Virus genome (UHGV): UHGV-0150051
Strand: one strand, 5' to 3'
DNA from: a virus
DNA length: 33,122 bases
In this document: positions 1-8,813 of the stretch, in pieces
Position numbering within the stretch: the stretch's first letter is position 1
How the letters are laid out: the number at the start of each line of letters is the position of its first letter
Notes under the pieces: model-generated
Databases searched by the model: none
Told to the model about the DNA's origin: nothing
The model's input: the letters and a program-made list of their open reading frames with translations, nothing else
Made by a program: the position numbers and the translations under genes

Positions 1-49
1 TACAATGCGGGTTTGAGCGGCATAAATTACCACTGAAAGCCCTTAAACG

Positions 50-1063
50 TTACTCTACTGTGGACACTGTGTGGACACTCTCGGCCTCAGTACCACCTCT
101 TAGCGGATTAAGAGAAATGGCGTCCTGAAGGTACTCTGGCGCAAAATGAGCGTAAACCATAGTTTGCTCAATCCGCGTGTGACCTAGTATCCGTTGTAGC
201 GTGATAATACTTCCTCCATTAATCATGAAATGAGTGGCAAAGCTGTGCCTTAGTGCATGTGTGGCTTGCCCCATTGGCAAATCCGGTTTTATTGCTTTCA
301 TTGTTCGTCTGAAGCGAGGGTAATCAGCATCAGGGAATAAAAAACCTCGTTTGTTATCCGCGATCATTTTGGCAACAGCCTCTGAGATCGGGACGGTGCG
401 TGGTTTGTTTGTTTTCGTTTTAACAAACGTGACGCGGTTATGGATGATATTTTCTGCTTTCAAACGAGCTGCTTCTCCCCAACGTGCTCCAGTACTCAGG
501 CAAAGAATCGCAATCTTTTTGTTGTCGCCGTCAAGAGCAGCAAGCAGTAAGGCAATTTCTTCCTGCGTGAGATAGCCTGTGTCTGGTTTTTCCTCCTTAA
601 GCCTTTTTGTCCCTCTGATAGGGTGCTCACCAAAGAATAACTCCGCTTCAATCAGGGCTGTAAACATGCCGCTAATACATGTTAAATCACGATTGATACT
701 CGAAGGTTTAATACCCTGACTTCTTCGGGTGGCGCAGTACTGGCTGATAAGCGATTTCGTAATTTGAAATGCGCATGGGTCATTCGTTATTTTTGTGAAG
801 ATTTCAATTTTCCCAAGATTAGATTTCCCATGCTCTTCGTGTTTACCCTTTAAATCCCACCAGATCTGTGTCAGCTCCGACAGACGTCGCTTGTCTGTTG
901 GTTTTGATAGCCATTCTTTATTGTGGTGGTTGTACAACGTGTATTTCTCGAAAGCGACAGCTTCGCTTTTCTTATCAAACTTCCTACGGATGCGTTTTCC
1001 ATTACGTCCGGTAGGGCGGATGTCCACTTCATATCGACCATCATCGAGTTTTTTGATTGCCAT
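50..1063 (-). CDS. int: Phage integrase, tyrosine recombinase (P2 Int-like)
   Basis: 337-aa ORF, same length as P2 Int as I recall it; C-terminal region has the tyrosine-recombinase pattern (HALRHSF...GHTRIEQTMVYAHF); sits at the prophage end next to the C repressor as in P2. Confidence 0.93.
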   Translation of the reverse strand: MAIKKLDDGRYEVDIRPTGRNGKRIRRKFDKKSEAVAFEKYTLYNHHNKEWLSKPTDKRRLSELTQIWWDLKGKHEEHGKSNLGKIEIFTKITNDPCAFQITKSLISQYCATRRSQGIKPSSINRDLTCISGMFTALIEAELFFGEHPIRGTKRLKEEKPDTGYLTQEEIALLLAALDGDNKKIAILCLSTGARWGEAARLKAENIIHNRVTFVKTKTNKPRTVPISEAVAKMIADNKRGFLFPDADYPRFRRTMKAIKPDLPMGQATHALRHSFATHFMINGGSIITLQRILGHTRIEQTMVYAHFAPEYLQDAISLNPLRGGTEAESVHTVSTVE

Positions 1064-1178
1064 CAGAAAACCCTCCGAGTGGTGTGTTTTTTTGCGACTA
1101 CTAATCGCTTTTTTCGTGGTGGCTGAAATTTAGCCACCAATAGTAGGCACTTGTGATGAATATATTCACGATGAATTG

Positions 1179-1478
1179 TTAACCAGTCTTTTGACCGGAG
1201 TGGGGCGACGTTGTTTCGTTTTGCCCAAAGTGTGCGAGAGCGGGCGCAATTTGCCCGGACTCAGGAGCGATCTGATTGGTCATGAACCATAAAGTGTATT
1301 TGGTGAATTGTGGGGTCTGCAGGATGTTCATCATGACATCTGTTGGAGGTGTTGAACGACCACTTTCATAGTAACTCAGCGTGCCATACGGAACCCCTGT
1401 TAAATCAGCAAGTTGTTGTCTGCTCAAATACTCTGATTTTCGCATTAAGACTATCTTCTCGCTTATCGTGTTTGACAT
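1179..1478 (-). CDS. C: Immunity repressor C
   Basis: 99-aa ORF (P2 C is 99 aa) with an HTH-like segment (SRQQLADLTGVPYGTLSYYESG); divergent from cox across an operator-bearing intergenic region. Confidence 0.9.
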   Translation of the reverse strand: MSNTISEKIVLMRKSEYLSRQQLADLTGVPYGTLSYYESGRSTPPTDVMMNILQTPQFTKYTLWFMTNQIAPESGQIAPALAHFGQNETTSPHSGQKTG

Positions 1479-1511
1479 GGTGTTTAGATCTCAATAGTAT
1501 TTAGTTTAGAT
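1472..1511 (+). promoter_or_regulatory. Early promoter Pe (-35 TTGACA at 1472-1477, 17-nt spacer, -10 TAGTAT at 1495-1500) with two direct GTTTAGAT repeats (1482-1489, 1504-1511) as candidate C operator half-sites
   Basis: Read directly: consensus -35 hexamer, correctly spaced -10-like hexamer, and two identical 8-mers 22 bp apart (two helical turns) straddling the -10, in the C/cox intergenic region. Matches my recollection that P2 C binds direct repeats overlapping Pe. Confidence 0.6.
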
Positions 1512-1592
1512 GTAGATTGTTTAGTGCTTGGATGTGGGCACTAAAAGGCATTATAAGACATTAAACGCAATTCATGAGGGCTAGAGGACGAC

Positions 1593-1868
1593 ATGAGCAA
1601 GCAAGTAACACTCATGACTGATGCGATTCCTTATCAGGAGTTCGCAAAACTAATAGGAAAATCGACAGGAGCGGTTCGTCGGATGATCGATAAAGGAAAG
1701 CTGCCTGTAATTGATATGACCGATCCACAATCAGCTTCAGGTCGTGCAGGTGAATATTGGGTATACCTTCCGGCATGGAATAACGGACTAAAACTGGCTT
1801 ATGAAAGCCGACCTAAAGAGATTCGTGACGGCTGGTTGATGTGGTTAGGTCTCGGTGAACCACGTTAA
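1593..1868 (+). CDS. cox: Cox, excisionase / Pc repressor
   Basis: 91-aa ORF (P2 Cox is 91 aa), first gene rightward of the switch region. Confidence 0.9.
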   Translation: MSKQVTLMTDAIPYQEFAKLIGKSTGAVRRMIDKGKLPVIDMTDPQSASGRAGEYWVYLPAWNNGLKLAYESRPKEIRDGWLMWLGLGEPR

Positions 1869-2049
1869 GGAGAACCGTATGAATGAGCCTCGTTGTATTG
1901 CTCAGTTACTGCGTAACGAAAGCCCCAGGGCGATTGACTTCACCATCACCCACGGTAAGGGGCGTAAGGGAATCATTATCCGCACCAAAAAACAGAGTCC
2001 GTTAAAAAAGGCTCTGACCTTTCTGAAAAGCCGGAGGGTATGGAAATGA
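1855..2049 (+). CDS. Small early protein (P2 orf78 position)
   Basis: 64-aa ORF between cox and B, overlapping both ends in operon fashion; start codon uncertain. Confidence 0.5.
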   Translation: MNHVKENRMNEPRCIAQLLRNESPRAIDFTITHGKGRKGIIIRTKKQSPLKKALTFLKSRRVWK

Positions 2050-2546
2050 CAGTGATGACGCTCAATCTCGTTGAAAAACAGCCAGCAGCTATGCGCCGGA
2101 TAATTGGTAAGCATCTTGCCGTTCCTCGCTGGCAGGATACATGTGATTATTATAATCAGATGATGGAGCGCGAACGGCTAACAGTTTGCTTTCATGCGCA
2201 GTTAAAACAGCGTCACGCAACGATGCGTTTTGAAGAAATGAACGACGTCGAACGTGAACGACTGGTATGTGCAATTGATGAATTGCGTGGGGCATTCTCA
2301 AAACGTCGTCAGGTCGGTGCAAGTGAGTATGCATATATTAGTTTTTTAACAGTCAGTCAGCGTCGTACTTTATTTATGCATGCCGGATTGACTGAAAAAG
2401 AATTTAACCAGCCATACTGGCGAATTAATGAAGAGTCATGTTACTGGCGTGATGCTTTATTCCGTGCATTACGTGAATTATTCAGCCTGTTTGAGTATGC
2501 ACCGACAATTCTGACGTCGGTAAAACCAGAGCAATATCTGCATTAA
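2040..2546 (+). CDS. B: Replication protein B (helicase-loader-like)
   Basis: 168-aa ORF at the P2 B position (P2 B about 166 aa); synteny. Confidence 0.85.
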   Translation: MEMTVMTLNLVEKQPAAMRRIIGKHLAVPRWQDTCDYYNQMMERERLTVCFHAQLKQRHATMRFEEMNDVERERLVCAIDELRGAFSKRRQVGASEYAYISFLTVSQRRTLFMHAGLTEKEFNQPYWRINEESCYWRDALFRALRELFSLFEYAPTILTSVKPEQYLH

Positions 2547-2567
2547 GTAATTAACCAGAGTTTTTAA

Positions 2568-2595
2568 CGCACTTAATCGTGCGGGGCTTCTTTTT
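2568..2595 (+). terminator. Weak hairpin plus T-tract after B (possible attenuator)
   Basis: cgcac-ttaatc-gtgcg stem-loop followed by gggcttcttttt; short stem, so low confidence. Confidence 0.25.
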
Positions 2596-2609
2596 GCCTG
2601 GAGAAAGTT

Positions 2610-2834
2610 ATGCATACAGTTTCTGAAAATCAGTGCGGTAAATACGCATTACTGTTGCAACAGGCCAGAACCGAAGCACAGGCCGACGCTGCGACGCGCT
2701 TTTCTTCTCATCTTGATGCCATGATTCGCCACATCACAAAGGCGGAGTTATCCCGCGTGGAGATAGTCGAGCTGCTCAGTCAGGAGTCGGAAAAATTTCA
2801 CAATATCGGATTGTCTCGCGAGGAGGTGCTTTGA
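2610..2834 (+). CDS. Early hypothetical protein (P2 orf80 position)
   Basis: 74-aa ORF, in the early operon between B and A. Confidence 0.7.
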   Translation: MHTVSENQCGKYALLLQQARTEAQADAATRFSSHLDAMIRHITKAELSRVEIVELLSQESEKFHNIGLSREEVL

Positions 2835-3136
2835 TGTCCTGTTCTCGTTCAGTTGTATTACTGAATAACGCCTTAAAAATCGCCGTTATGAAAAATGGCG
2901 ATTTGTCTCTTATTCAACTTGGTCTTGATAAAGAAAAACGCGAAATAACTGAGTCTGTTATCGCGATTTATCAGAACGAATTAAACCTCCTGTCTGATGT
3001 GGTCAATTTGCTTGTTAAACGCGCTGTGTTTCACAAGCAAATCTCCTCCGTGGATGAACTGACGAAATTAACGACAGAAATCGCCAGCTATTGCGCTGAT
3101 GAATTTAAAAACCTTAACGACAAAAGGAACTGGTAA
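2831..3136 (+). CDS. Early hypothetical protein (P2 orf81 position)
   Basis: 101-aa ORF with 4-nt overlap to the upstream ORF. Confidence 0.7.
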   Translation: MMSCSRSVVLLNNALKIAVMKNGDLSLIQLGLDKEKREITESVIAIYQNELNLLSDVVNLLVKRAVFHKQISSVDELTKLTTEIASYCADEFKNLNDKRNW

Positions 3137-3360
3137 TGCCGGACAACGTAGATTTTATTCAGGCACAACAGGCTGAATTACTGGAGCGCCAGATTAACGC
3201 GGCAAGGGTAAAACATTGCGGTGCTTCTGCGATGGTTTGCGAAGAGTGTGACGCGCCAATACCTGCTGCCCGTCGTGCGGCTTATCCGTCAGCCACGCGT
3301 TGTGTTTCCTGTCAGTCAGTTTTTGAAGCAAAAAACAAACATTACCGGAGAACGGCATGA
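3136..3360 (+). CDS. TraR/DksA-type C4 zinc-finger protein (P2 orf82 position)
   Basis: 74-aa ORF with paired Cys motifs CEEC ... CVSC typical of TraR-family zinc fingers. Confidence 0.8.
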   Translation: MPDNVDFIQAQQAELLERQINAARVKHCGASAMVCEECDAPIPAARRAAYPSATRCVSCQSVFEAKNKHYRRTA

Positions 3361-3632
3361 GTATTCGTATTGAAATTGGCGAACGTTATGTCGTTACCAG
3401 TGACAGCTTTCAGTTTATTCTCCACGAGAAAAAGAGAGCTGAAAGCGGTAAAAACGCCGGTCAGGAATGGCTGGCGGTGGTTGGTTATTACCCGAAATTA
3501 AGCCAGCTCGTTTCCGGCCTGATGCATCACGATATTCTGACCGGAAGCGCAAAGTCTTTTGCTGATTTAAACGCGCAGGTTGAGCAACTCAGCAAGCGTT
3601 GTTCAAAGGCTTTTGGCTCATATGGCCGTTAA
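3357..3632 (+). CDS. Early hypothetical protein (P2 orf83 position)
   Basis: 91-aa ORF immediately upstream of A, 4-nt overlap with the zinc-finger ORF. Confidence 0.7.
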   Translation: MSIRIEIGERYVVTSDSFQFILHEKKRAESGKNAGQEWLAVVGYYPKLSQLVSGLMHHDILTGSAKSFADLNAQVEQLSKRCSKAFGSYGR

Positions 3633-5910
3633 AGCCTCCGGGCGTTTTGTCCCTCCGTCAGCATTTGCCGCAGGCACCGGTAAGACGTTTACCGGTGCTT
3701 ATGCATGGAACGCGTCACGCGAGGCCGTCGGGCGCGAAAGACCCCTTACACGTGACGAGATGCGTCAGGTGCAAGGTGTTTTATCCACGATTAACCGCCT
3801 GCCTTACTTTTTGCGCTCGCTGTTTACTTCACGCTATGACTACATCCGGCGCAATAAAAGCCCGGTGCACGGGTTTTATTTCCTCACATCCACTTTTCAG
3901 CGTCGTTTATGGCCGCGCATTGAGCGTGTGAATCAGCGCCATGAAATGAACACCGACGCGTCGTTGCTGTTTCTGGCAGAGCGTGATCACTATGCGCGCC
4001 TGCCGGGAATGAATGACAAGGAACTGAAAAAGTTTGCCGCCCGTATCTCATCGCAGCTTTTCATGATGTATGAGGAACTCAGCGATGCCTGGGTGGATGC
4101 GCATGGCGAAAAAGAATCACTATTTACGGATGAGGCTCAGGATCACCTGTATGGTCATGTTGCTGGCGCTGCACGAGCTTTCAATATTTCCCCTCTCTAC
4201 TGGAAAAAATACCGTAAAAGACAGATGACCACGAGGCAGGCATATTCTGCCATTGCCCGTCTGTTTAACGATGAGTGGTGGACTCATCAGCTTAAAGGCC
4301 AGCGTATGCGCTGGCATGAAGCGTTACTGATAGCTGTCGGGGAGGTCAATAAAGACCGTTCTCCTTATGCCAGTAAACACGCCATTCGTGATGTGCGTGC
4401 GCGCCGCCAGGCAAATCTGGAATTTCTTAAATCGTGTGACCTTGAAAACAGGGAAACCGGCGAGCGCATCGACCTTATCAGTAAGGTGATGGGCAGTATT
4501 TCTAATCCTGAAATTCGCCGGATGGAGCTGATGAACACCATTGCCGGTATTGAGCGTTACGCCGCTGCAGAGGGTGATGTGGGGATGTTTATCACGCTGA
4601 CCGCGCCGTCAAAGTATCACCCGACACGTCAGGTAGGAAAAGGCGAAAGTAAAACCGTGCAGCTTAATCACGGCTGGAACGATGAGGCATTTAATCCAAA
4701 GGATGCGCAGCGTTATCTCTGCCGTATCTGGAGCCTGATGCGCACGGCATTCAAGGATAATGATTTACAGGTCTACGGTTTGCGTGTCGTCGAGCCACAC
4801 CACGACGGAACGCCGCACTGGCATATGATGCTTTTTTGTAATTCACGCCAGCGTAACCAGATTATCGAAATCATGCGTCGCTATGCGCTCAAAGAGGATG
4901 GCGACGAAAGAGGAGCCGCGCGAAACCGTTTTCAGGCAAAACACCTTAACCGGGGCGGTGCTGCGGGATATATCGCGAAATACATTTCAAAAAACATCGA
5001 CGGCTATGCACTGGATGGTCAGCTCGATAACGACACCGGCAGGCCGCTGAAAGACACTGCAGCGGCTGTTACTGCATGGGCGTCAACGTGGCGCATCCCG
5101 CAATTTAAAACGGTTGGCCTGCCGACAATGGGGGCTTACCGTGAACTACGCAAATTGCCGCGCGGCGTCAGCATTGCTGATGAGTTTGACGAGCGCGTCG
5201 AGGCTGCACGCGCCGCCGCAGACAGTGGTGATTTTGCGTTGTATATCAGCGCGCAGGGTGGGGCAAATGTCCCGCGCGATTGTCAGACTGTCAGAGTCGC
5301 CCGTAGCCCGTCGGATGAAGTTAACGAGTACGAGGAAGAAGTCGAGAGAGTGGTCGGCATTTACGCGCCGCATCTCGGCGCGCGTCATATTCATATCACC
5401 AGAACGACGGACTGGCGCATTGTGCCGAAAGTTCCGGTCGTTGAGCCTTTGACTTTAAAAAGCGGCATCGCCGCGCCTCGGAGTCCTGTCAATAACTGTG
5501 GAAAGCCTGCCAGCAGTGATACTTCGTTACTGGCTCCCACGCCTTCTGAACACGCCGCAGCAGTGCTTAATCTGGTAGATGACGGTGTTATCGAATGGAA
5601 TGACCCGGAGGTCGTGAGGGCGCTAAGGGGCGCATTAAAACACGACCTGAGAACGCCAAATCGTCAGCAAAGAAACGGAAGCCCGTTAAAACCGCATGAG
5701 ATAGCGCCATCGGCCAGACTGACTAGGTCGGAACGAATGCAAATTACCCGTATCCGCGTTGACCTCGCTCAGAACGGTATCAGGCCGCAGCGATGGGAGC
5801 TTGAGGCGCTGGCGCGTGGCGCGACGGTAAAGTTTGACGGACGAAAGTTTATATATCCAATAAGTGGTGAGTGGAAGCAGTTTTTTAGTGGCTTTGATCT
5901 TTTTAAGTAA
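3622..5910 (+). CDS. A: Replication initiator A (rolling-circle HUH endonuclease)
   Basis: Long ORF; I place the start at the in-frame ATG 3622 (MAVKASGRF...), not the upstream ATG 3580 that overlaps the preceding ORF. Contains HUH-like PHWHMMLF and paired active-site tyrosines in YIAKYISK. Confidence 0.9.
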   Translation: MAVKASGRFVPPSAFAAGTGKTFTGAYAWNASREAVGRERPLTRDEMRQVQGVLSTINRLPYFLRSLFTSRYDYIRRNKSPVHGFYFLTSTFQRRLWPRIERVNQRHEMNTDASLLFLAERDHYARLPGMNDKELKKFAARISSQLFMMYEELSDAWVDAHGEKESLFTDEAQDHLYGHVAGAARAFNISPLYWKKYRKRQMTTRQAYSAIARLFNDEWWTHQLKGQRMRWHEALLIAVGEVNKDRSPYASKHAIRDVRARRQANLEFLKSCDLENRETGERIDLISKVMGSISNPEIRRMELMNTIAGIERYAAAEGDVGMFITLTAPSKYHPTRQVGKGESKTVQLNHGWNDEAFNPKDAQRYLCRIWSLMRTAFKDNDLQVYGLRVVEPHHDGTPHWHMMLFCNSRQRNQIIEIMRRYALKEDGDERGAARNRFQAKHLNRGGAAGYIAKYISKNIDGYALDGQLDNDTGRPLKDTAAAVTAWASTWRIPQFKTVGLPTMGAYRELRKLPRGVSIADEFDERVEAARAAADSGDFALYISAQGGANVPRDCQTVRVARSPSDEVNEYEEEVERVVGIYAPHLGARHIHITRTTDWRIVPKVPVVEPLTLKSGIAAPRSPVNNCGKPASSDTSLLAPTPSEHAAAVLNLVDDGVIEWNDPEVVRALRGALKHDLRTPNRQQRNGSPLKPHEIAPSARLTRSERMQITRIRVDLAQNGIRPQRWELEALARGATVKFDGRKFIYPISGEWKQFFSGFDLFK

Positions 5911-6090
5911 TTGCCTTAGAATACCCACGTTACCGCTTGGGAAATCTACCTAGCAATGCTCTTAGTATTAGCTTTATACAAAGGGTATAAAGGCTGCCAT
6001 TGGCAACAATGGTGCCAGCATGGAGATAATCTCATGTTAAGGTTAGTGAATGTACGACAGTACAACCGCTACCGCTTTGGGCGCTGGGAG

Positions 6091-6115
6091 ACGGTGCGTA
6101 AGCACCGTCGTTCTT
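6091..6115 (+). terminator. Hairpin (acggtgc-gtaa-gcaccgt) with weak T-tract, about 180 nt downstream of A
   Basis: 7-bp perfect stem with a 4-nt loop followed by cgttctt; orientation and function uncertain. Confidence 0.3.
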
Positions 6116-6137
6116 ACCCGAATCGGTAATATGCGGC

Positions 6138-8345
6138 CTAAGCGGTAACATTTACCTCTTCTTCACCCATCATTGTTAAGTAATGTTTCTCATCACCAGT
6201 CATTCTGAATATTTTGTGCAAGAGTTCTAAGTATTTCTCAGGTTCAATATCGCCCATATCTGTTATGTTTATTGCGTCGGAGTGAGAGCCTCTGTTTATA
6301 TATCTGTAAAAGGCACGGAAATGGCTGTTATTTTCATCATTTGTTAATTCAGTAAGCTTTGCCTCTAATGCGTCAGTTCTATGAACAAATGCAAAGTAAT
6401 ACTCAAGTATATTTCTCATAATATTGGGGATTATTATTTTGTTGATTTTTTTCTCTTTTGCATCTTTTAATACTTGCCAAAGGGATTGGTATTCATTTTG
6501 CACACTTTTTTTATCTATAGCACTAATGATGCTAAATTCATTTTTATTTATTCTGCCAAGAAAGTAGTCACGTTTAAAATTTATTCCTTTTTTAGAGGCG
6601 AGTTTTATTAACTCATGGAAGAAATAAAGATTATGGGTGAGGATTATTATTTTTGATGAAATGCCTTTTTCAATTATGTCATGATGGATCATGGATGCTA
6701 TGTCGAAAACATAGTTTTGAGATAAACTTGATATAGGATCATCTATAACTATGAGTTTATCACGCATATCAGTATCATTTTCATTTGTTTTACCCTTGCA
6801 ACATTCTAAAAAATATAGAAACGTTATTAATGTTTTTTCACCTTCGCTTAATGACCGATATACATCTTGTTTTCTATTGTTTCCATCGCGGGATATTATA
6901 TACTTATCTTTGAGTTCGGCGTGTTTATCAATGCTAAAACCAGAGATGCCAAGAAATTTAAGTCGTGAGTTTATTGCATCTATTGTTGCATCTACACTTG
7001 ATGTTTTATTTCTTAGTTCATTGATTTCATTTGTGTTGATCTCTTCTTTTCTTTTTATTTCCTGCATGAAGGATGCAGCGTTTTCATATTTTTCTTGAAA
7101 GTTTCTTTCGCAGTCTGATAGTATTTCAAATTCCGCGCTACATAAGTCTCTGATTGCTGCCCACATCTTTTCGCGAATATCTATTTCGCTATTATTAAAT
7201 CTTTTTACTTTGTCATTGAACTCGTTAATTTTATTGTTGTATTGTTCTATATCTTCTAATAGTTTTTCCTCTATCGACTTTTCAAACTCCAGCACAATGC
7301 TTATAGATGGATTCTCTATTTTATTATCCAATAGTTTAATGTTTTTTTCTGCAATAGTTTCTAATGCCTTAACATATGAAAGACTTTTATCTTTTTCGTC
7401 TTGGTTTATCACCTCACATGATAAAATGTTACTCTTTATTTCTTCATGATGATTTTTAATGGCATTATCATAAGATAGTTTTATTTGTTGTATTTGATCT
7501 ACTTTTCTTGAGTATGTTTCATCAAAGATAGATTCAATGGCTTTAATAAAATTATCATCTATTGTGTCCCTTTGGCAAAATGGACAAATTTCTCCATTTA
7601 AATATAGCTCTTTGCCTTGTTTAATCCAATCAATATTTTGTAGCTCTTTTATTGCTTCAGATAAATAGCTGTTGCTAGAGTCAATAATTGGTGTGGATAA
7701 TGTTTTTTGAGTTTCTTCAGATAAAACATATCCTTTATAAGGAGTTATCAGAGGTATTTCTTTTCCTTTAAACTCGAGAAGTTTGCTATAAGATTGTATT
7801 AATGATTTTATATCAATATCAGTTTGTGGAGTATACTTTTTTAGATGGTAATAGAAAGTGGCTTTGCTTCCTATTTGACCTTTCATTAATTGTTTTAATT
7901 CTGAACTTCTTATGTCTTTGGTCTTATTCCATATGGAATTTATGCATTCTTGCTCTTTTTTGTTTTTCGCTTCATGGAGTTTTTCGATAAATTCTTTTTT
8001 TTCTTTATGCTGATGTGCTAGTGATTTGTTTAGCTCTTCTTTTTCAGATAGTATTTTTTCAATTTCTGCATTTTTTTGACTGAGGGTAAATATACCTTTT
8101 TGCTCTTTTGCATTATAAAAATTATCTTCTATATATTTTGAGTTGTAGACTAGGGTTCGATAATTATCGATGGGTTCGCATACACATTCCTTATAGGCGG
8201 TGTCTTTAGGATTGTAAAAATAATTTGATATGGTAGATTTTCCACAACCATTTTGCCCATACAATATGTTTATTTTTTTGGATAAATCTAACTCAGTAAA
8301 ATATTCTTTATGATAGCTTGTTACGTTTTTGAGTTTTAATTTCAT
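6138..8345 (-). CDS. Rad50/SMC-like ABC ATPase with long coiled-coil insert and C-terminal domain of unknown function; candidate single-gene anti-phage defence (RloC-like?)
   Basis: 735-aa ORF, visibly AT-rich against the backbone. Walker A GQNGCGKST (res 30-38), ABC signature-like LSEGEK (499-504), Walker B LIVIDDP (531-537), H-loop LTHN (569-572). About 400 K/E-rich residues lie between Walker A and the signature; CPFC at res 254-257 (nt 7575-7586). Good RBS (GAGGG) upstream of the ATG. Confidence 0.85.
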   Translation of the reverse strand: MKLKLKNVTSYHKEYFTELDLSKKINILYGQNGCGKSTISNYFYNPKDTAYKECVCEPIDNYRTLVYNSKYIEDNFYNAKEQKGIFTLSQKNAEIEKILSEKEELNKSLAHQHKEKKEFIEKLHEAKNKKEQECINSIWNKTKDIRSSELKQLMKGQIGSKATFYYHLKKYTPQTDIDIKSLIQSYSKLLEFKGKEIPLITPYKGYVLSEETQKTLSTPIIDSSNSYLSEAIKELQNIDWIKQGKELYLNGEICPFCQRDTIDDNFIKAIESIFDETYSRKVDQIQQIKLSYDNAIKNHHEEIKSNILSCEVINQDEKDKSLSYVKALETIAEKNIKLLDNKIENPSISIVLEFEKSIEEKLLEDIEQYNNKINEFNDKVKRFNNSEIDIREKMWAAIRDLCSAEFEILSDCERNFQEKYENAASFMQEIKRKEEINTNEINELRNKTSSVDATIDAINSRLKFLGISGFSIDKHAELKDKYIISRDGNNRKQDVYRSLSEGEKTLITFLYFLECCKGKTNENDTDMRDKLIVIDDPISSLSQNYVFDIASMIHHDIIEKGISSKIIILTHNLYFFHELIKLASKKGINFKRDYFLGRINKNEFSIISAIDKKSVQNEYQSLWQVLKDAKEKKINKIIIPNIMRNILEYYFAFVHRTDALEAKLTELTNDENNSHFRAFYRYINRGSHSDAINITDMGDIEPEKYLELLHKIFRMTGDEKHYLTMMGEEEVNVTA

Positions 8346-8631
8346 TTTATCCCTCTTTTTATTCTTTTTATATTTAGCCTTAAGTGTTCGAGGTTGCCTT
8401 CCTCAACGATAGAGATCTAACCTAACTTTTTGATTTATTCAAGAGAATTTAGTGAGTTATATGTAAAGATGTGGATGCTTAGCTATGTGGTTGGGGGTTA
8501 TTTCAGTATGAATTCATTTGATGCATCATTTTGCATGTACCTGTTAGGCATTTTCTAACTTTGCAGTGTCAGAACTGGCGTACTTTAGGCCATTCATGCA
8601 AGTGCATTAAAACCGCCCCATTAAGCGGGCG

Positions 8632-8650
8632 GGCGAGGCGGGGAAAGCAC
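8632..8650 (+). other. cos: cos site (19-nt cohesive end sequence GGCGAGGCGGGGAAAGCAC)
   Basis: Exact match to the P2 cohesive-end sequence as I recall it, between the cargo gene and portal gene Q where P2 cos lies. Confidence 0.7.
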
Positions 8651-8791
8651 TGCGCGCTGGCGGTGTTGCTGATTTTATTTTTTCAGCGTCTCAGCGCGTC
8701 GTGACGGCGCTTAGTCTGTCCGTTGGGCGTTGGTTTGCCTGCGGGCTGTTTTGTGCGGTGGTGAGTGTGTGAGGGCGTGATGACGGGATGT

Positions 8792-8813
8792 AAAAAAGCC
8801 GCCCGCAGGCGGC
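8792..8813 (-). terminator. Rho-independent terminator downstream of Q (minus strand)
   Basis: gccgcc-cgca-ggcggc hairpin preceded on the plus strand by AAAAAA (a U-tract after the hairpin on the minus strand), directly after the Q stop. Confidence 0.55.

Noticed and set aside
1-49. attL or integration core next to int
   Set aside because: Only 49 nt precede the int stop and I could not recognise the P2 att core there; the attachment site probably lies outside the window or differs from P2's.
3580-3621. Upstream in-frame extension of gene A (ORF-track start at 3580)
   Set aside because: It would overlap the preceding ORF by 53 nt. The ATG at 3622 gives the recognised MAVKASGRF N-terminus of A.
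3599-3931. 110-aa ORF in an alternative frame at the start of A
   Set aside because: Same-strand alternative frame fully inside A, with Arg/Cys/Leu-rich composition; no evidence of an overlapping gene.
8461-8550. 29-aa hydrophobic plus-strand mini-ORF (MWMLSYVVGGYFSMNSFDASFCMYLLGIF) in the ATPase promoter region
   Set aside because: No RBS, and it lies in the AT-rich promoter region of the minus-strand ATPase gene; most likely a chance ORF.
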